Part shown: positions 22,954 to 32,285 of the stretch, in pieces
Position numbering within the stretch: position 1 is the stretch's first letter
Layout: each line of letters starts with the position of its first letter
Origin: a virus
Virus record (IMG/VR): IMGVR_UViG_3300045836_000083
Location: 62-64,061 of that record
DNA: 64,000 nucleotides
Strand: one strand, 5' to 3'
Program-made: the position numbers and the translations under genes
Notes under the pieces: generated by a model
Databases searched by the model: none
Seen by the model: the letters and a program-made list of their open reading frames with translations, nothing else
What the model was told of the DNA's origin: nothing

Positions 22954-23706
22954 ATGAATAGAACATTAGGCGGTAGCCTTTTTATACGGAATGGAGAAAA
23001 GTTTGACTTTTGCTATAAAGAGGCAATACGATGCTTGCTTGAATTTTGCGATAGAGTAGCGGTATGTGTAGTCCCTACCGATGACAATACTGCATCAGGT
23101 GTGTACGATACCCTTGTTGGTAGAGGAATTATAAGATATGTTTCAAATATAGAGTGGGAACATATGCAGTTTCATGGCAAGCATCGACTTTCTATTTTTA
23201 CTAACTACGCCATAGAAATGCTGGACACAGACTATGTATTCAACTTGCAAGGCGACGAGATAGTAGACCCTAGCAGTTATGAATGGATTCGCAGGGCAAT
23301 ACAAGAGGGCCAAGAAGGCTACTTATGTAGCCGGGTGAATCTATGGAGTAGCCCCTACACTCAACTTAACGTGCCACACGCTCGTAAACCATGTAGCACC
23401 GAGATCGTAAGACTTGCCAAAACGTGTTATAGGGCTTATGACGACGCTGAAAGCATCGCGGCACCAGTTGATAGCAAATTCTTGGATAAGATCAAGATAT
23501 GGCATATGGGCTTTGTGCGTAAAAGAGAAGTGCACCCGGCTAAGATCAGGGAAATGCAAAGTAATATTTTCAGGTGTGGGGTTGACGAAAAGCTAACTGG
23601 CATGGAGGTATTTGATTCAACTAAATGGTTCAGCCCCGATGATCTTATACCTATTCAGGGTGAATTGCCTCCACTAATTCAAAAATGGGCAAAAGAAAGA
23701 GAGTAA
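22954..23706 (+). CDS. GT2-like (GT-A fold) glycosyltransferase
   Basis: N-terminal SLFIRNGE...CDRVAV, DYVFNLQGDE (DxDE variant), and IWHMGF. Confidence 0.8.
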   Translation: MNRTLGGSLFIRNGEKFDFCYKEAIRCLLEFCDRVAVCVVPTDDNTASGVYDTLVGRGIIRYVSNIEWEHMQFHGKHRLSIFTNYAIEMLDTDYVFNLQGDEIVDPSSYEWIRRAIQEGQEGYLCSRVNLWSSPYTQLNVPHARKPCSTEIVRLAKTCYRAYDDAESIAAPVDSKFLDKIKIWHMGFVRKREVHPAKIREMQSNIFRCGVDEKLTGMEVFDSTKWFSPDDLIPIQGELPPLIQKWAKERE

Positions 23707-23722
23707 CTATAACGTTTTAGTT
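23705..23722. promoter_or_regulatory. Palindromic motif copy 1 (CTAyAACGTTkTAG family)
   Basis: AACTATAACGTTTTAGTT. Confidence 0.55.
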
Positions 23723-23735
23723 CCACGTGGAAACA
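23719..23735. promoter_or_regulatory. parS-like palindrome
   Basis: AGTTCCACGTGGAAACA, with a perfect 12-bp core TTCCACGTGGAA, versus parS TGTTYCACGTGRAACA. Confidence 0.45.
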
Positions 23736-23739
23736 AATA

Positions 23740-23766
23740 ACCCCTGATTTTTAAAACATCAGGGGT
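23740..23766. terminator. Hairpin between convergent genes
   Basis: ACCCCTGAT (23740-48) pairs with ATCAGGGGT (23758-66). Confidence 0.7.
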
Positions 23767-23797
23767 ATGCAAAAACTAACCCATTAAGACACAGAGT

Positions 23798-24067
23798 TTA
23801 TGCACCGTTGCTTACTAACTGACTAGTGGTGCTGTCCGTATAAAATTTAATAGGGTTGGCTGAAACACCAGAGGCTGATTGCTCAATTATAGAGTTCATA
23901 ATTACTCCATTTGAGGTAATACCAAGAGGTGCGGGATAAAATTTTAATTGAGCTACATTGAGAAATGTATTTGCTCTACCGTTGGTTGCTCCAGGAAGGT
24001 CGCGTAAACCAAATCCTTTATCGTAGCCATAAATTGATGCTACAATACGTGGTGCTGTTAAGGCCAT
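23798..24067 (-). CDS. Small Ser/Thr/Gly-rich protein, the only leftward gene between 9.4 and 59 kb
   Basis: Clean ATG after an A-rich leader, with its own terminator at 23740-66. Composition resembles the small structural-region proteins at 31594 and 31884. Confidence 0.7.
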   Translation of the reverse strand: MALTAPRIVASIYGYDKGFGLRDLPGATNGRANTFLNVAQLKFYPAPLGITSNGVIMNSIIEQSASGVSANPIKFYTDSTTSQLVSNGA

Positions 24068-24152
24068 AACTCATTAATTTTTAGTTATTAATAAAACTTT
24101 TTTGTCCCATTACGGGATTTCTGTAATATAAAAATAAACAAATAACTAATTG

Positions 24153-24166
24153 CTACAACGTTTTAG
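24153..24166. promoter_or_regulatory. Palindromic motif copy 2
   Basis: CTACAACGTTTTAG, 5 nt before the ATG at 24172. Confidence 0.6.
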
Positions 24167-24171
24167 TTTTT

Positions 24172-24984
24172 ATGGGTCTGATTAGCGTAAAACATAGTAT
24201 GCCGGGGGGCGATTTGGTAAGCCTGCTTCCGTCCTTAAAACATCTATATGATACAACCGGTAATAAATCCGTCATATATCAACGGGTGAACTTATCATAT
24301 GCAGATTTTGGGGGCGCTTACTTGGGGGCGACTTATTCCATAAAGGATGAAAATAAAATGCCGGTATCAATGAATAGTGCAGTTTTTGAAGCACTGAAAC
24401 CTTTATTGTTATATCAATCTTACATCGAGGATTTCAAAGAATGGGGGACAGAAGAAGTGGACTACGATATGGATTTACTTCGCTCTATGGAAACAACAAT
24501 GCCAATGGGCAATATTCAACGATACCCTGGTTATGTATTCCCTGAAATGCAATGTAATTTAAGCGAGCAAAGTGTTTTCTTGCCTAATAAATTCAACAAT
24601 GAAGCATTTGGGAAAATCTTAATAAATAGGACTGAGCGGTATAACAATATGTTTATAAGCTATACATTCCTAAAAAAATATAAGGATGAAGTATTATTTA
24701 TTGGGTTGCCCCATGAACACGAAATATTCTGCAAGCAAAACAAATTGGATATCCAACACTTATATTTGGGAAACTTCTTAGAAATAGCTATCGCATTGGA
24801 AAGTTGTAAGGTATTCATTGGGAATCAAAGTATGTGTTTTCAAATAGCTGAGAATCTTAAAATACCTAGAATTTTAGAAGTATGCAAGCAGATTCCAAAT
24901 GTTATCGGTAATGGCCCCTATTTCTATGATTTCCTTTATCAAAAAGGATTAGAATGCTGGACGGATAAATTATATAATAAATAG
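24172..24984 (+). CDS. GT9-like (GT-B fold) glycosyltransferase
   Basis: PGGDLVSLLPSL and ALESCKVFIGNQSMCFQIAENLKIPRILEV. Confidence 0.75.
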   Translation: MGLISVKHSMPGGDLVSLLPSLKHLYDTTGNKSVIYQRVNLSYADFGGAYLGATYSIKDENKMPVSMNSAVFEALKPLLLYQSYIEDFKEWGTEEVDYDMDLLRSMETTMPMGNIQRYPGYVFPEMQCNLSEQSVFLPNKFNNEAFGKILINRTERYNNMFISYTFLKKYKDEVLFIGLPHEHEIFCKQNKLDIQHLYLGNFLEIAIALESCKVFIGNQSMCFQIAENLKIPRILEVCKQIPNVIGNGPYFYDFLYQKGLECWTDKLYNK

Positions 24985-24985
24985 G

Positions 24986-24993
24986 TAAATTTG
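24986..24993 (+). promoter_or_regulatory. Possible -7 promoter element
   Basis: TAAATTTG upstream of 25011; no clear -33 element. Confidence 0.4.
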
Positions 24994-25010
24994 ATAAACC
25001 ACATAACTAC

Positions 25011-25514
25011 ATGGCTGTCAAAATAAAGACATCAAAAAACAAAGGCCCGATAGAATATCCTGATGATCATAAACCAGGGATCAGAGTGCCGCTCAATGGC
25101 TCATGTTGTTTAACATGCGAATATTACAAGGGGAGTGATCTCTGTAGTAACGAATATTTCAAAAAGTGGAATGGTTCTGAAAAGCTACCTTATCCAGCTG
25201 AGGAATACTGTTCTGATTGGTATGAACAAAAATGATAAATAATGACAATCTTAGAAAAAATAAATCAATTGCATCCTAATGGTGGCTTTGTTGGTGGGCT
25301 AACAAGTTTAATTGTAGGGCCAGTAGGAATTGGATTTCAGGTATATCATAGTAGTGATGCTAAAAGTCAAATATGGTTTAAAGAAAATGATGCAATTCCA
25401 ATAACCAATATAAAAGATGGGAAGGTATTTATTCGCCCATTTTTAAATGAAATCCCTGTATCTATTGATGGTAAATTTAAAGGGCTAAAATATTCAATTA
25501 AGAGCCATGAATAG
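25011..25514 (+). CDS. Two small genes: Cys-rich 25011..25235 and 25242..25514
   Basis: From the ORF track; CCLTC...C...YCSDW pattern. Confidence 0.65.
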
Positions 25515-25623
25515 ACGTTTTTTAATAAAAGGCATTTTAACCCTAGTAGCCGCGCCAAAGATATTGAGTGAGATAGATTTTAAGCCACCTTTAGTGATGA
25601 AGGCCGGAGCAACAATTTTATGA
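25507..25623 (+). CDS. 38-aa peptide with a twin-arginine-like N-terminus (not in the ORF track)
   Basis: Translated by hand: MNRRFLIKGILTLVAAPKILSEIDFKPPLVMKAGATIL. It overlaps the upstream stop and fills the gap. Confidence 0.5.
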   Translation: MNRRFLIKGILTLVAAPKILSEIDFKPPLVMKAGATIL

Positions 25624-25641
25624 AATTAAAAATGTAATTAA

Positions 25642-26322
25642 ATGAGCAAACTAACCCATGTAGAAGATAGGATAGTAGTAAAAATAAATATGAGTTATAA
25701 GGATAGTCATACATTCTCCAATGGTATGAAGATCTCGTTAGAGCGTAAATATAATAACTTCGATGAAAAATATACCAAACCGGTAAATGCTATCGTAGTA
25801 TCTGCTAAACATATACCAGAAGGATCAGAAATATTAATTCATCATAATTGCACACACGATACTAATAGGCTTTTTAATTATCAAAAACTATCTGGTAAAG
25901 TTGAAGCAGATGATGTTCGTTATTTTTCTATATCTGAAAATGATGCATTTGTATGGAGAAGTAATGGAGAATGGCAACCATTACCTGGATATGATTTTGC
26001 TTTAAGGGTATTCAGGCCATATAAAGGAAGTCTACAAGGCATCGAACCAGAAAAAATACTTTCAACCCTTCTCGTAACTACTGGTGAATATAAAGGATTA
26101 ATTTGTCATACCATTAAAGCAGTTGATTATGAATTAATTTTTCAGGATGTTACAGGTAGGGAAGCTCGTTTAATACGAATACGTACGCATGGAGATGAAA
26201 AAACACAAAGAGAGGAAGAAATAGTCGCCATTAATCATAGTTTAACTAAACTGTATAATGAAGGAAAACTTCTAGCTGGCCTTTCAAAATCTGATGCTAA
26301 ACCAATAAAGGAATACGGATGA
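25642..26322 (+). CDS. Protein with a GroES-like N-terminal fold
   Basis: KLTHVEDRIVVK resembles the GroES PLxDRVVV start; also NAIVVSA...EGSEILIHH. Located just before the terminase. Confidence 0.5.
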   Translation: MSKLTHVEDRIVVKINMSYKDSHTFSNGMKISLERKYNNFDEKYTKPVNAIVVSAKHIPEGSEILIHHNCTHDTNRLFNYQKLSGKVEADDVRYFSISENDAFVWRSNGEWQPLPGYDFALRVFRPYKGSLQGIEPEKILSTLLVTTGEYKGLICHTIKAVDYELIFQDVTGREARLIRIRTHGDEKTQREEEIVAINHSLTKLYNEGKLLAGLSKSDAKPIKEYG

Positions 26323-26548
26323 AAAATTATATAGATAAAGTAGATAACAAAACCAGGTGCGATCACCCACAAGTAATTAAGTTTTATGAATGGGGTGGCT
26401 GTTCCATGACAGATGCATCAAATAAAATATACCATTACGCCACTATTATATTAAAAGATGGAACTCGTAGAGATTTTGGGCCTAACGAAGATCACGAGGT
26501 GTCCTATTATGATTGTAATACTTTTTTAAACCAAATAGGCGAATAAGT

Positions 26549-26881
26549 ATGTCTGATGAAAAAGAACTACTCAAGAAAATAAAAGAACTAGAAACAAAGG
26601 TTAGGATATATGAAGATAATGGAGCGGCAAAACTATACTACGCACTTAACCGAAAAATGAATGAGATGGGAGATATGCTAAATGATAATTCTCTAAATAG
26701 CATAAACTTAGATGACCCTAAAGACAAGAGCTTTGATAGAATATTCAAGTTATTAGAAAAAAGTGAAACGGTTGCTAGTTCCGCCAAAGTATTAGGAACT
26801 ATTGCAGGCATTACTGGAGATGAAGAAAAAGACGTGGCCCGAAAACCATTTATTGAAACCGTTGCAACTAGGAGGGATTAA
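26549..26881 (+). CDS. Probable terminase small subunit
   Basis: 110-aa helical protein translationally coupled to the large terminase. Confidence 0.5.
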   Translation: MSDEKELLKKIKELETKVRIYEDNGAAKLYYALNRKMNEMGDMLNDNSLNSINLDDPKDKSFDRIFKLLEKSETVASSAKVLGTIAGITGDEEKDVARKPFIETVATRRD

Positions 26882-28956
26882 TGTTATCTGTTGATATATA
26901 TGGTTCACTTATTTATACCGCCGATAATCCATTAGAGACATTAATTGAAGGATGGGGCAGAGAAAGACATGAACAGATTTGGAGACGGCGTGAATTACCA
27001 TCCTTTTTTAATAATGTAGAGTATGATAAAGATGACAATGCCATTCTTACTCCACAACAAGAACAATTTGCACGGGAAGAAGTAATTAAATGTAAGGAGG
27101 GTTATTGGTTCTTTAATAATGGAGTTCCAACCTATATAACTGGTAAACACTATTTTTATCTTAACTGGTGGAAGCTAGAGGATGATATTTATCCTGAATA
27201 CCGAGACACTGACCGCCGGTATTTTTTATTTTTAAATCATTGGGAAAATGTACTATGGTGTTTAGGTATTTTTAGGGGTAAAAAACGTCGTGAGGGAGCT
27301 AGTTCACAAGCGACTTCTAACTTAGTATATGAATGTATTTTCTTTACTAACAGTAATTGCGGGCTTGTAAGTAAAACTCAAATTGATAGCCGAGATACGT
27401 TTACCGACATGGTAAGGCATGGATACACTCAATGCCCCATATTTTTAAAACCAAGACAATTAAATCGGGCAGATAGTGTAACAGAATTAGTATTTGCAGC
27501 AAGATTGAAAAATGGAGAGGCTGTAGATGGGGGACAGAAATCAAAAATAAATTATAGGGCACCTGTTTTAAATGCTTACGATAGAGGTCGTATGACTCGA
27601 ATATTAGCTGATGAGGGTGGGAAATGGCCGACTGAGGTAGATTTTGCTAAATTTATTTCAATAGTAAGTAAAACTATGGTGAAGGGAGCTAAGCGGGTAG
27701 GCTTTTGTGAGGCACCATCCACCGTCAACGAAATGACTAAAGGTGGAGGTGCAGCTTTCAAAAAAGCGTGGGATGGAGCTAATCAATTTAAATATCCAAA
27801 TAGACCAACTCCCAACCGATTTGTTACTTACTTCTCTCCAGCATATGATGGATATGAGGGCTTTATTGATCGACATGGTATGTCAGTTATAGGAGAGCCA
27901 ACCCATGAGCAATTCCAATACCTGGTTGACAAATGGGTTAAGAAAGACCCCATTACTGGTATAGTTGTATCCGAACTTACAGAGGAGGATATAAAGATGG
28001 GCGCTCGTCAATATGTAATGGTTAAAAGACGAGAAGGATTGACAGGTGATTTGTTAGAAGAAGAAATACGCATGAACCCTTGCACAGTCGAGGAAATGTT
28101 TGAAGCTGCTAATATAGGTTGCGTTTTTAATTCATACAATATTACAAAAAGAGAAAAAGTTTTAGAAGAAAATCCTATTTATAAGAGAAAGGTTATCTTC
28201 TACCGAGATTTAGATGGAGTAGTAAAATGGCGAGATATTCAAGAAAGCGAAAAAAACTTCCATTGGTCTATAACTGCATTCCCACCAAAAGGACAAGAAA
28301 ATAAATATAGGTTTGAAAATAAACTACGATACCCTGGAAGAACTGAAATTGGCGCTATTGCAGTAGATGGCTATAGCAACAGCCAAGGTGGAAGAAAATA
28401 TGGTTCAAAAGCATCTGCGTGGATTGGATTAAGACCAGATATTTTAGACCCTTATAATACAGGCAAAGCCATTGGGCACCTTTATGGACGACCGGCTGTA
28501 AAAGAGACATTACATGAACAAGTGATGCTGGCCGCAGAATACTTTGGATTTAAAGTATGGTATGAACATAATAGCGACGATTATTTGTCATATTTTAGAG
28601 ATAGGGGGAAAGTAGGATATCTGGGAACTTACCCATTAAGTACAATTGATCCAACAAAAAGAGCGGATGCAGACCGTTTTAAAGGGTTCCCTACTACGCC
28701 CTTTAGTTTAACCAAGCAATTAGATTGCGGGATAGCTTATTTTGAACATTATTGCGATTTAATAGATTTTGAGGAACTTTTACAAAATGCCAAGCTGTTC
28801 GATCCATATAATCGAACTGCCTACGATACTGTAGTTTCTTTTTTAATGCTTTTAGTATGTTTAATGGAACCAATACGCAAGCCTAAACCACCAACAGAAC
28901 CATTAGTAAGAAGCTATATTAATACCTACGGTAATCAAAATTTTTTAGGTAATTAA
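26881..28956 (+). CDS. terL: Terminase large subunit
   Basis: GKKRREGASS (Walker A variant of the KxRRxGxS type), ILADEGGK (Walker B), RNase H acidic residues IAVDG, WYEHN and YDTVVS; followed by the portal. Confidence 0.92.
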   Translation: MLSVDIYGSLIYTADNPLETLIEGWGRERHEQIWRRRELPSFFNNVEYDKDDNAILTPQQEQFAREEVIKCKEGYWFFNNGVPTYITGKHYFYLNWWKLEDDIYPEYRDTDRRYFLFLNHWENVLWCLGIFRGKKRREGASSQATSNLVYECIFFTNSNCGLVSKTQIDSRDTFTDMVRHGYTQCPIFLKPRQLNRADSVTELVFAARLKNGEAVDGGQKSKINYRAPVLNAYDRGRMTRILADEGGKWPTEVDFAKFISIVSKTMVKGAKRVGFCEAPSTVNEMTKGGGAAFKKAWDGANQFKYPNRPTPNRFVTYFSPAYDGYEGFIDRHGMSVIGEPTHEQFQYLVDKWVKKDPITGIVVSELTEEDIKMGARQYVMVKRREGLTGDLLEEEIRMNPCTVEEMFEAANIGCVFNSYNITKREKVLEENPIYKRKVIFYRDLDGVVKWRDIQESEKNFHWSITAFPPKGQENKYRFENKLRYPGRTEIGAIAVDGYSNSQGGRKYGSKASAWIGLRPDILDPYNTGKAIGHLYGRPAVKETLHEQVMLAAEYFGFKVWYEHNSDDYLSYFRDRGKVGYLGTYPLSTIDPTKRADADRFKGFPTTPFSLTKQLDCGIAYFEHYCDLIDFEELLQNAKLFDPYNRTAYDTVVSFLMLLVCLMEPIRKPKPPTEPLVRSYINTYGNQNFLGN

Positions 28957-28957
28957 G

Positions 28958-28995
28958 CTAAATCGTTGTAGATCAATTAAAAAATCTTACATTTG
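28958..28995 (+). promoter_or_regulatory. Portal promoter with motif copy 3 over its -33 element
   Basis: CTAAATCGTTGTAG (28958-71) contains TTG at 28966-68; then N19 and TACATTTG (28988-95). Confidence 0.65.
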
Positions 28996-29012
28996 ATTAA
29001 CTTTCTTGATTA

Positions 29013-31454
29013 ATGCCTGATAATCAAAACAATAGTATTGGAATTTCCGGCCAATCGTATAAAGATTTTCTTCTTACAAAGAATATCCAAGATAAACTTG
29101 ACCCTAAATACGGCAAACAGTTGGCTATGGATATTGAAGCTAAATATTCGGCCGGGGTTGCAAACGGATATTCGTTTTTAAGAAATGATCGTTTTAAGAC
29201 TAATATTTTATGGTCTGCTGGTAAAATAAATGCCTATGCTTTATTCGCTGATCTTTTAAACTTCAATGGAAAAATAAATTACGCAAACATTGATTGGAAA
29301 CCTTTAATGATAATTAATAGAATTATCAGTGGGTTAGTAGGTCGATGGATGCAACGAATAGAAAAGGTTCATGTTACTGCTATTGACCCTATATCTGTTA
29401 ATGATAAAAAAGAACAATACGAACAAGCTGAATTTGTTTTATACAATCGAAAACAACTAGAACAATTACAACAAGAATCGGGAGTACCTATGATACCTCC
29501 TGATCAATTTGTAGCAGAAGATAAAGATGATTTAGAAGAATGGGCAATAACGGGGCAGAAATTACCAGAAGAAATAAAGTATGAAACAGGGACTAATGAT
29601 ATTCTACAGTCACAGGGATTTTTTGATGTTTTAAAGAAAAAATTACTTCATGATTCAGCCGAATGTGGCCTAGTGGGTACCTATGTTTGGATGGATGAAT
29701 ATGGTGTAATTCATGTAGAATGGGTAAAACCTTTGAACACATTCTATTCATATTCAGAATACGATGATTTCAGAGATACTGCTATGCGTGGTTATGTGAA
29801 ATCTATGAAGATTTCAGAGCTACGCAGGAAATATGGGAAGGAATTTGGGGGTAAGTTAACAGAAGAAGAAATATTTCAAATAGCCCAAACATCTTACGAA
29901 TATCAACGATTCGATAAACTTACATGGAATTATGATTGGTTATTAGCATATATACGACCATATGATGAATGGAACGTAGAATGCCTTGTATTCTGGATTA
30001 AATCAGTAGATGAAGATGGTTATTTAATGACTGTTACTAAACAGAATAAAAGAACCATCATTGAACGAAGACAACAAGCTCCAACTAATTTAGATGAAAA
30101 TCAAGAGTTCGTAAAAAAAGATAAGTGGAATCTGTATAAAGGAGTATATGTTAGATATGCTCAAAAGATGTTGGAATGGGGGTTAGATAACAATATGATT
30201 CGGCCTCAAGACCCAAAGGAATGTGGTGATGTAGAGTTTCCAATAAGTCTTTATATGTATCAAAATCAGGATATGCGAAATATTGCACTCCCTGAAAAAA
30301 TAGAAGTGCCAGTTAAGCAAATGATGGTTATTTACTTTAAGATGCAACAAGTAATAGCCACAATGATACCTCCAGGCGCTGCAATTAATATAGATGCATT
30401 GCAAGAAGTTCAATTGGGGTTAGCTGCGGATGGAGAAAGCTCAATAAACGTACAAAAACTATATGAACAAACCGGCAGATTATATTACCGTGGCCGAGAT
30501 GCCGAAGGGAATGCATTACCAGTTCCAATTACAGAACTGCAAAATGCAGGATTTATTGGAGCAATGAACGGGTTAATTGATCAATACCAATTTCAGTATG
30601 GAGTTTTAAAGGATCAATTAGGGGAAGACCCAAATCTTATTACTCAGGCCGTTCAACCACGTGTTACATCGGAAAATGTTGAAGCATCCCAACAAGCCGC
30701 GGCATTCGCTACCGATTATATGTATGATGCTTATTCTGCTGTGATGGCTGAAACTGCAAAAAAAGTAGCATGCTTACTTAATAATTCAGTCCGGTTCGGC
30801 AGTAAGGCTTATCATCATTTAATGCAAGAGGAAGATGTAGCTGATCGACAGTTTGCAACTAGATTTGAAATGCTTCCAGATCAATATGAATTAATGGATT
30901 TAAAGAATTTTATGAATCAGTCATTGGCTGCCAATCCTCCATTAATTCAGTATTTAGACCCGTTTAGAATAATGAGAATAGCTAAAGAAAACGTAAAATT
31001 AGCATCTCTTTATTTAAGAAATGCCATGAAACGAATGAATAGGGCAGAATCTGAAAAGGCGCAACAACTTAGTCAGCAAAATGCCCAGGTACAAGCAATG
31101 GCGGCTCAACAGAAGGCGCAAGGAGATATGCAGTTACAAACTCAGAAATTGCAAGTAGAAAAGGAATTAGAAGAATATAAAGGGTTACAAGCCATGAAGC
31201 TGGCTATAGTGCAAGGTGCGATGCAAATCGCAGCTAAATCCGAAAATCCTCAAATGCCTACTTGGCTAGCTCCTGTTTTAAATCAATTGGTGCCCAATTT
31301 AACTATACCAATCGACCAAGAAAATCAACAAATGGCTCAATTAATTCAAGGGCAAGCTATGCAACAACAGCAAAAGCAACAAGAATCTCAAGAGCCAGCA
31401 AGCGAAGAAATGCAAGAAAGTCCTGAAATGGTACAACAAGAACAAATTCAATAA
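29013..31454 (+). CDS. Portal protein
   Basis: 813 aa, directly after terL, helical with a Gln-rich coiled-coil C-terminal barrel; size and order as in crAss-like podoviruses. Confidence 0.85.
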   Translation: MPDNQNNSIGISGQSYKDFLLTKNIQDKLDPKYGKQLAMDIEAKYSAGVANGYSFLRNDRFKTNILWSAGKINAYALFADLLNFNGKINYANIDWKPLMIINRIISGLVGRWMQRIEKVHVTAIDPISVNDKKEQYEQAEFVLYNRKQLEQLQQESGVPMIPPDQFVAEDKDDLEEWAITGQKLPEEIKYETGTNDILQSQGFFDVLKKKLLHDSAECGLVGTYVWMDEYGVIHVEWVKPLNTFYSYSEYDDFRDTAMRGYVKSMKISELRRKYGKEFGGKLTEEEIFQIAQTSYEYQRFDKLTWNYDWLLAYIRPYDEWNVECLVFWIKSVDEDGYLMTVTKQNKRTIIERRQQAPTNLDENQEFVKKDKWNLYKGVYVRYAQKMLEWGLDNNMIRPQDPKECGDVEFPISLYMYQNQDMRNIALPEKIEVPVKQMMVIYFKMQQVIATMIPPGAAINIDALQEVQLGLAADGESSINVQKLYEQTGRLYYRGRDAEGNALPVPITELQNAGFIGAMNGLIDQYQFQYGVLKDQLGEDPNLITQAVQPRVTSENVEASQQAAAFATDYMYDAYSAVMAETAKKVACLLNNSVRFGSKAYHHLMQEEDVADRQFATRFEMLPDQYELMDLKNFMNQSLAANPPLIQYLDPFRIMRIAKENVKLASLYLRNAMKRMNRAESEKAQQLSQQNAQVQAMAAQQKAQGDMQLQTQKLQVEKELEEYKGLQAMKLAIVQGAMQIAAKSENPQMPTWLAPVLNQLVPNLTIPIDQENQQMAQLIQGQAMQQQQKQQESQEPASEEMQESPEMVQQEQIQ

Positions 31455-31462
31455 CAACAATT

Positions 31463-31591
31463 ATGGATACTCAACAATTAGCAGAAATAAAAGCATTAGC
31501 CATTAGATTAGCATATGAAATCAAGCCTACCGAAGAAATAGCAACAATATTGACAGATGCTGATATTATTTATCAATATTTAATTAAATAA
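31463..31591 (+). CDS. 42-aa protein (not in the ORF track)
   Basis: Translated by hand: MDTQQLAEIKALAIRLAYEIKPTEEIATILTDADIIYQYLIK. It fills the gap exactly. Confidence 0.65.
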   Translation: MDTQQLAEIKALAIRLAYEIKPTEEIATILTDADIIYQYLIK

Positions 31592-31593
31592 AA

Positions 31594-32237
31594 ATGGCTA
31601 CAATAAATTGTACAAACCGAGGAGCTTCTCAAGCTATTAAAGGATCAAGCGTTGAAATTATACTTAATGGAGCAGAATCTTTAAGCGTATTGCCGGTGTT
31701 AGCCGTAGGACAATTAGCTACCGTTAGCAGCAATGGTGCGACAGGGAGGATAGACTTCGTTGATACATTGGGACATCTATTTCGGGTTAAGCCAACGCAA
31801 CCAAATTTACAATTTAATTCAGGAACAACCAATACATTGAACGTCAATGAATTGATAACAATCACTTATTAACATATTACAAAATGGTAAGTAAGGTAAC
31901 TGAATATTCATTTTCAAATAATAAGTTAGTCATTGATATAGAAATGGCTAGGACTATTTCTATTCAAATAATTGGCGGGAGTGGTACTCGTTCACTTCAA
32001 GGCACCAATGATGGAGGTGCAGTAACAGGATCTACTATTAATAACGCAGGCGATGCAACAAATTTTAGTACTATTCAGGCCGTAAAATTATCCGATGGGA
32101 CATCGGTAACGTCTATTACTGATGCCGGGCTTTATAAAATTGATCCTGTAGCTTTTCAATATCTTCAAATAGGAGATGGTTCAACAGCCGCCGCAACAAA
32201 AATATTAGTTTATAGGACTTTTGGAACTGGATTATAA
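31594..32237 (+). CDS. Two small beta-rich putative virion (decoration) proteins, 31594..31872 and 31884..32237
   Basis: Gly/Ser/Thr-rich, located between portal and scaffold. Confidence 0.55.
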
Positions 32238-32245
32238 TTTTTTTA

Positions 32246-32268
32246 TATTTTTGCTACAACGTTGTAGC
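32246..32268 (+). promoter_or_regulatory. Capsid operon promoter followed by perfect palindrome (motif copy 4)
   Basis: TATTTTTG (32246-53) overlaps GCTACAACGTTGTAGC (32253-68). Confidence 0.7.
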
Positions 32269-32285
32269 TTTAAACAAATTTATGT

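Noticed and set aside
23704-23714. TAACTATAACG match to the start of the I-CeuI/23S rRNA site
   Set aside because: Only 11 nt match and no rRNA context; explained by palindrome copy 1.
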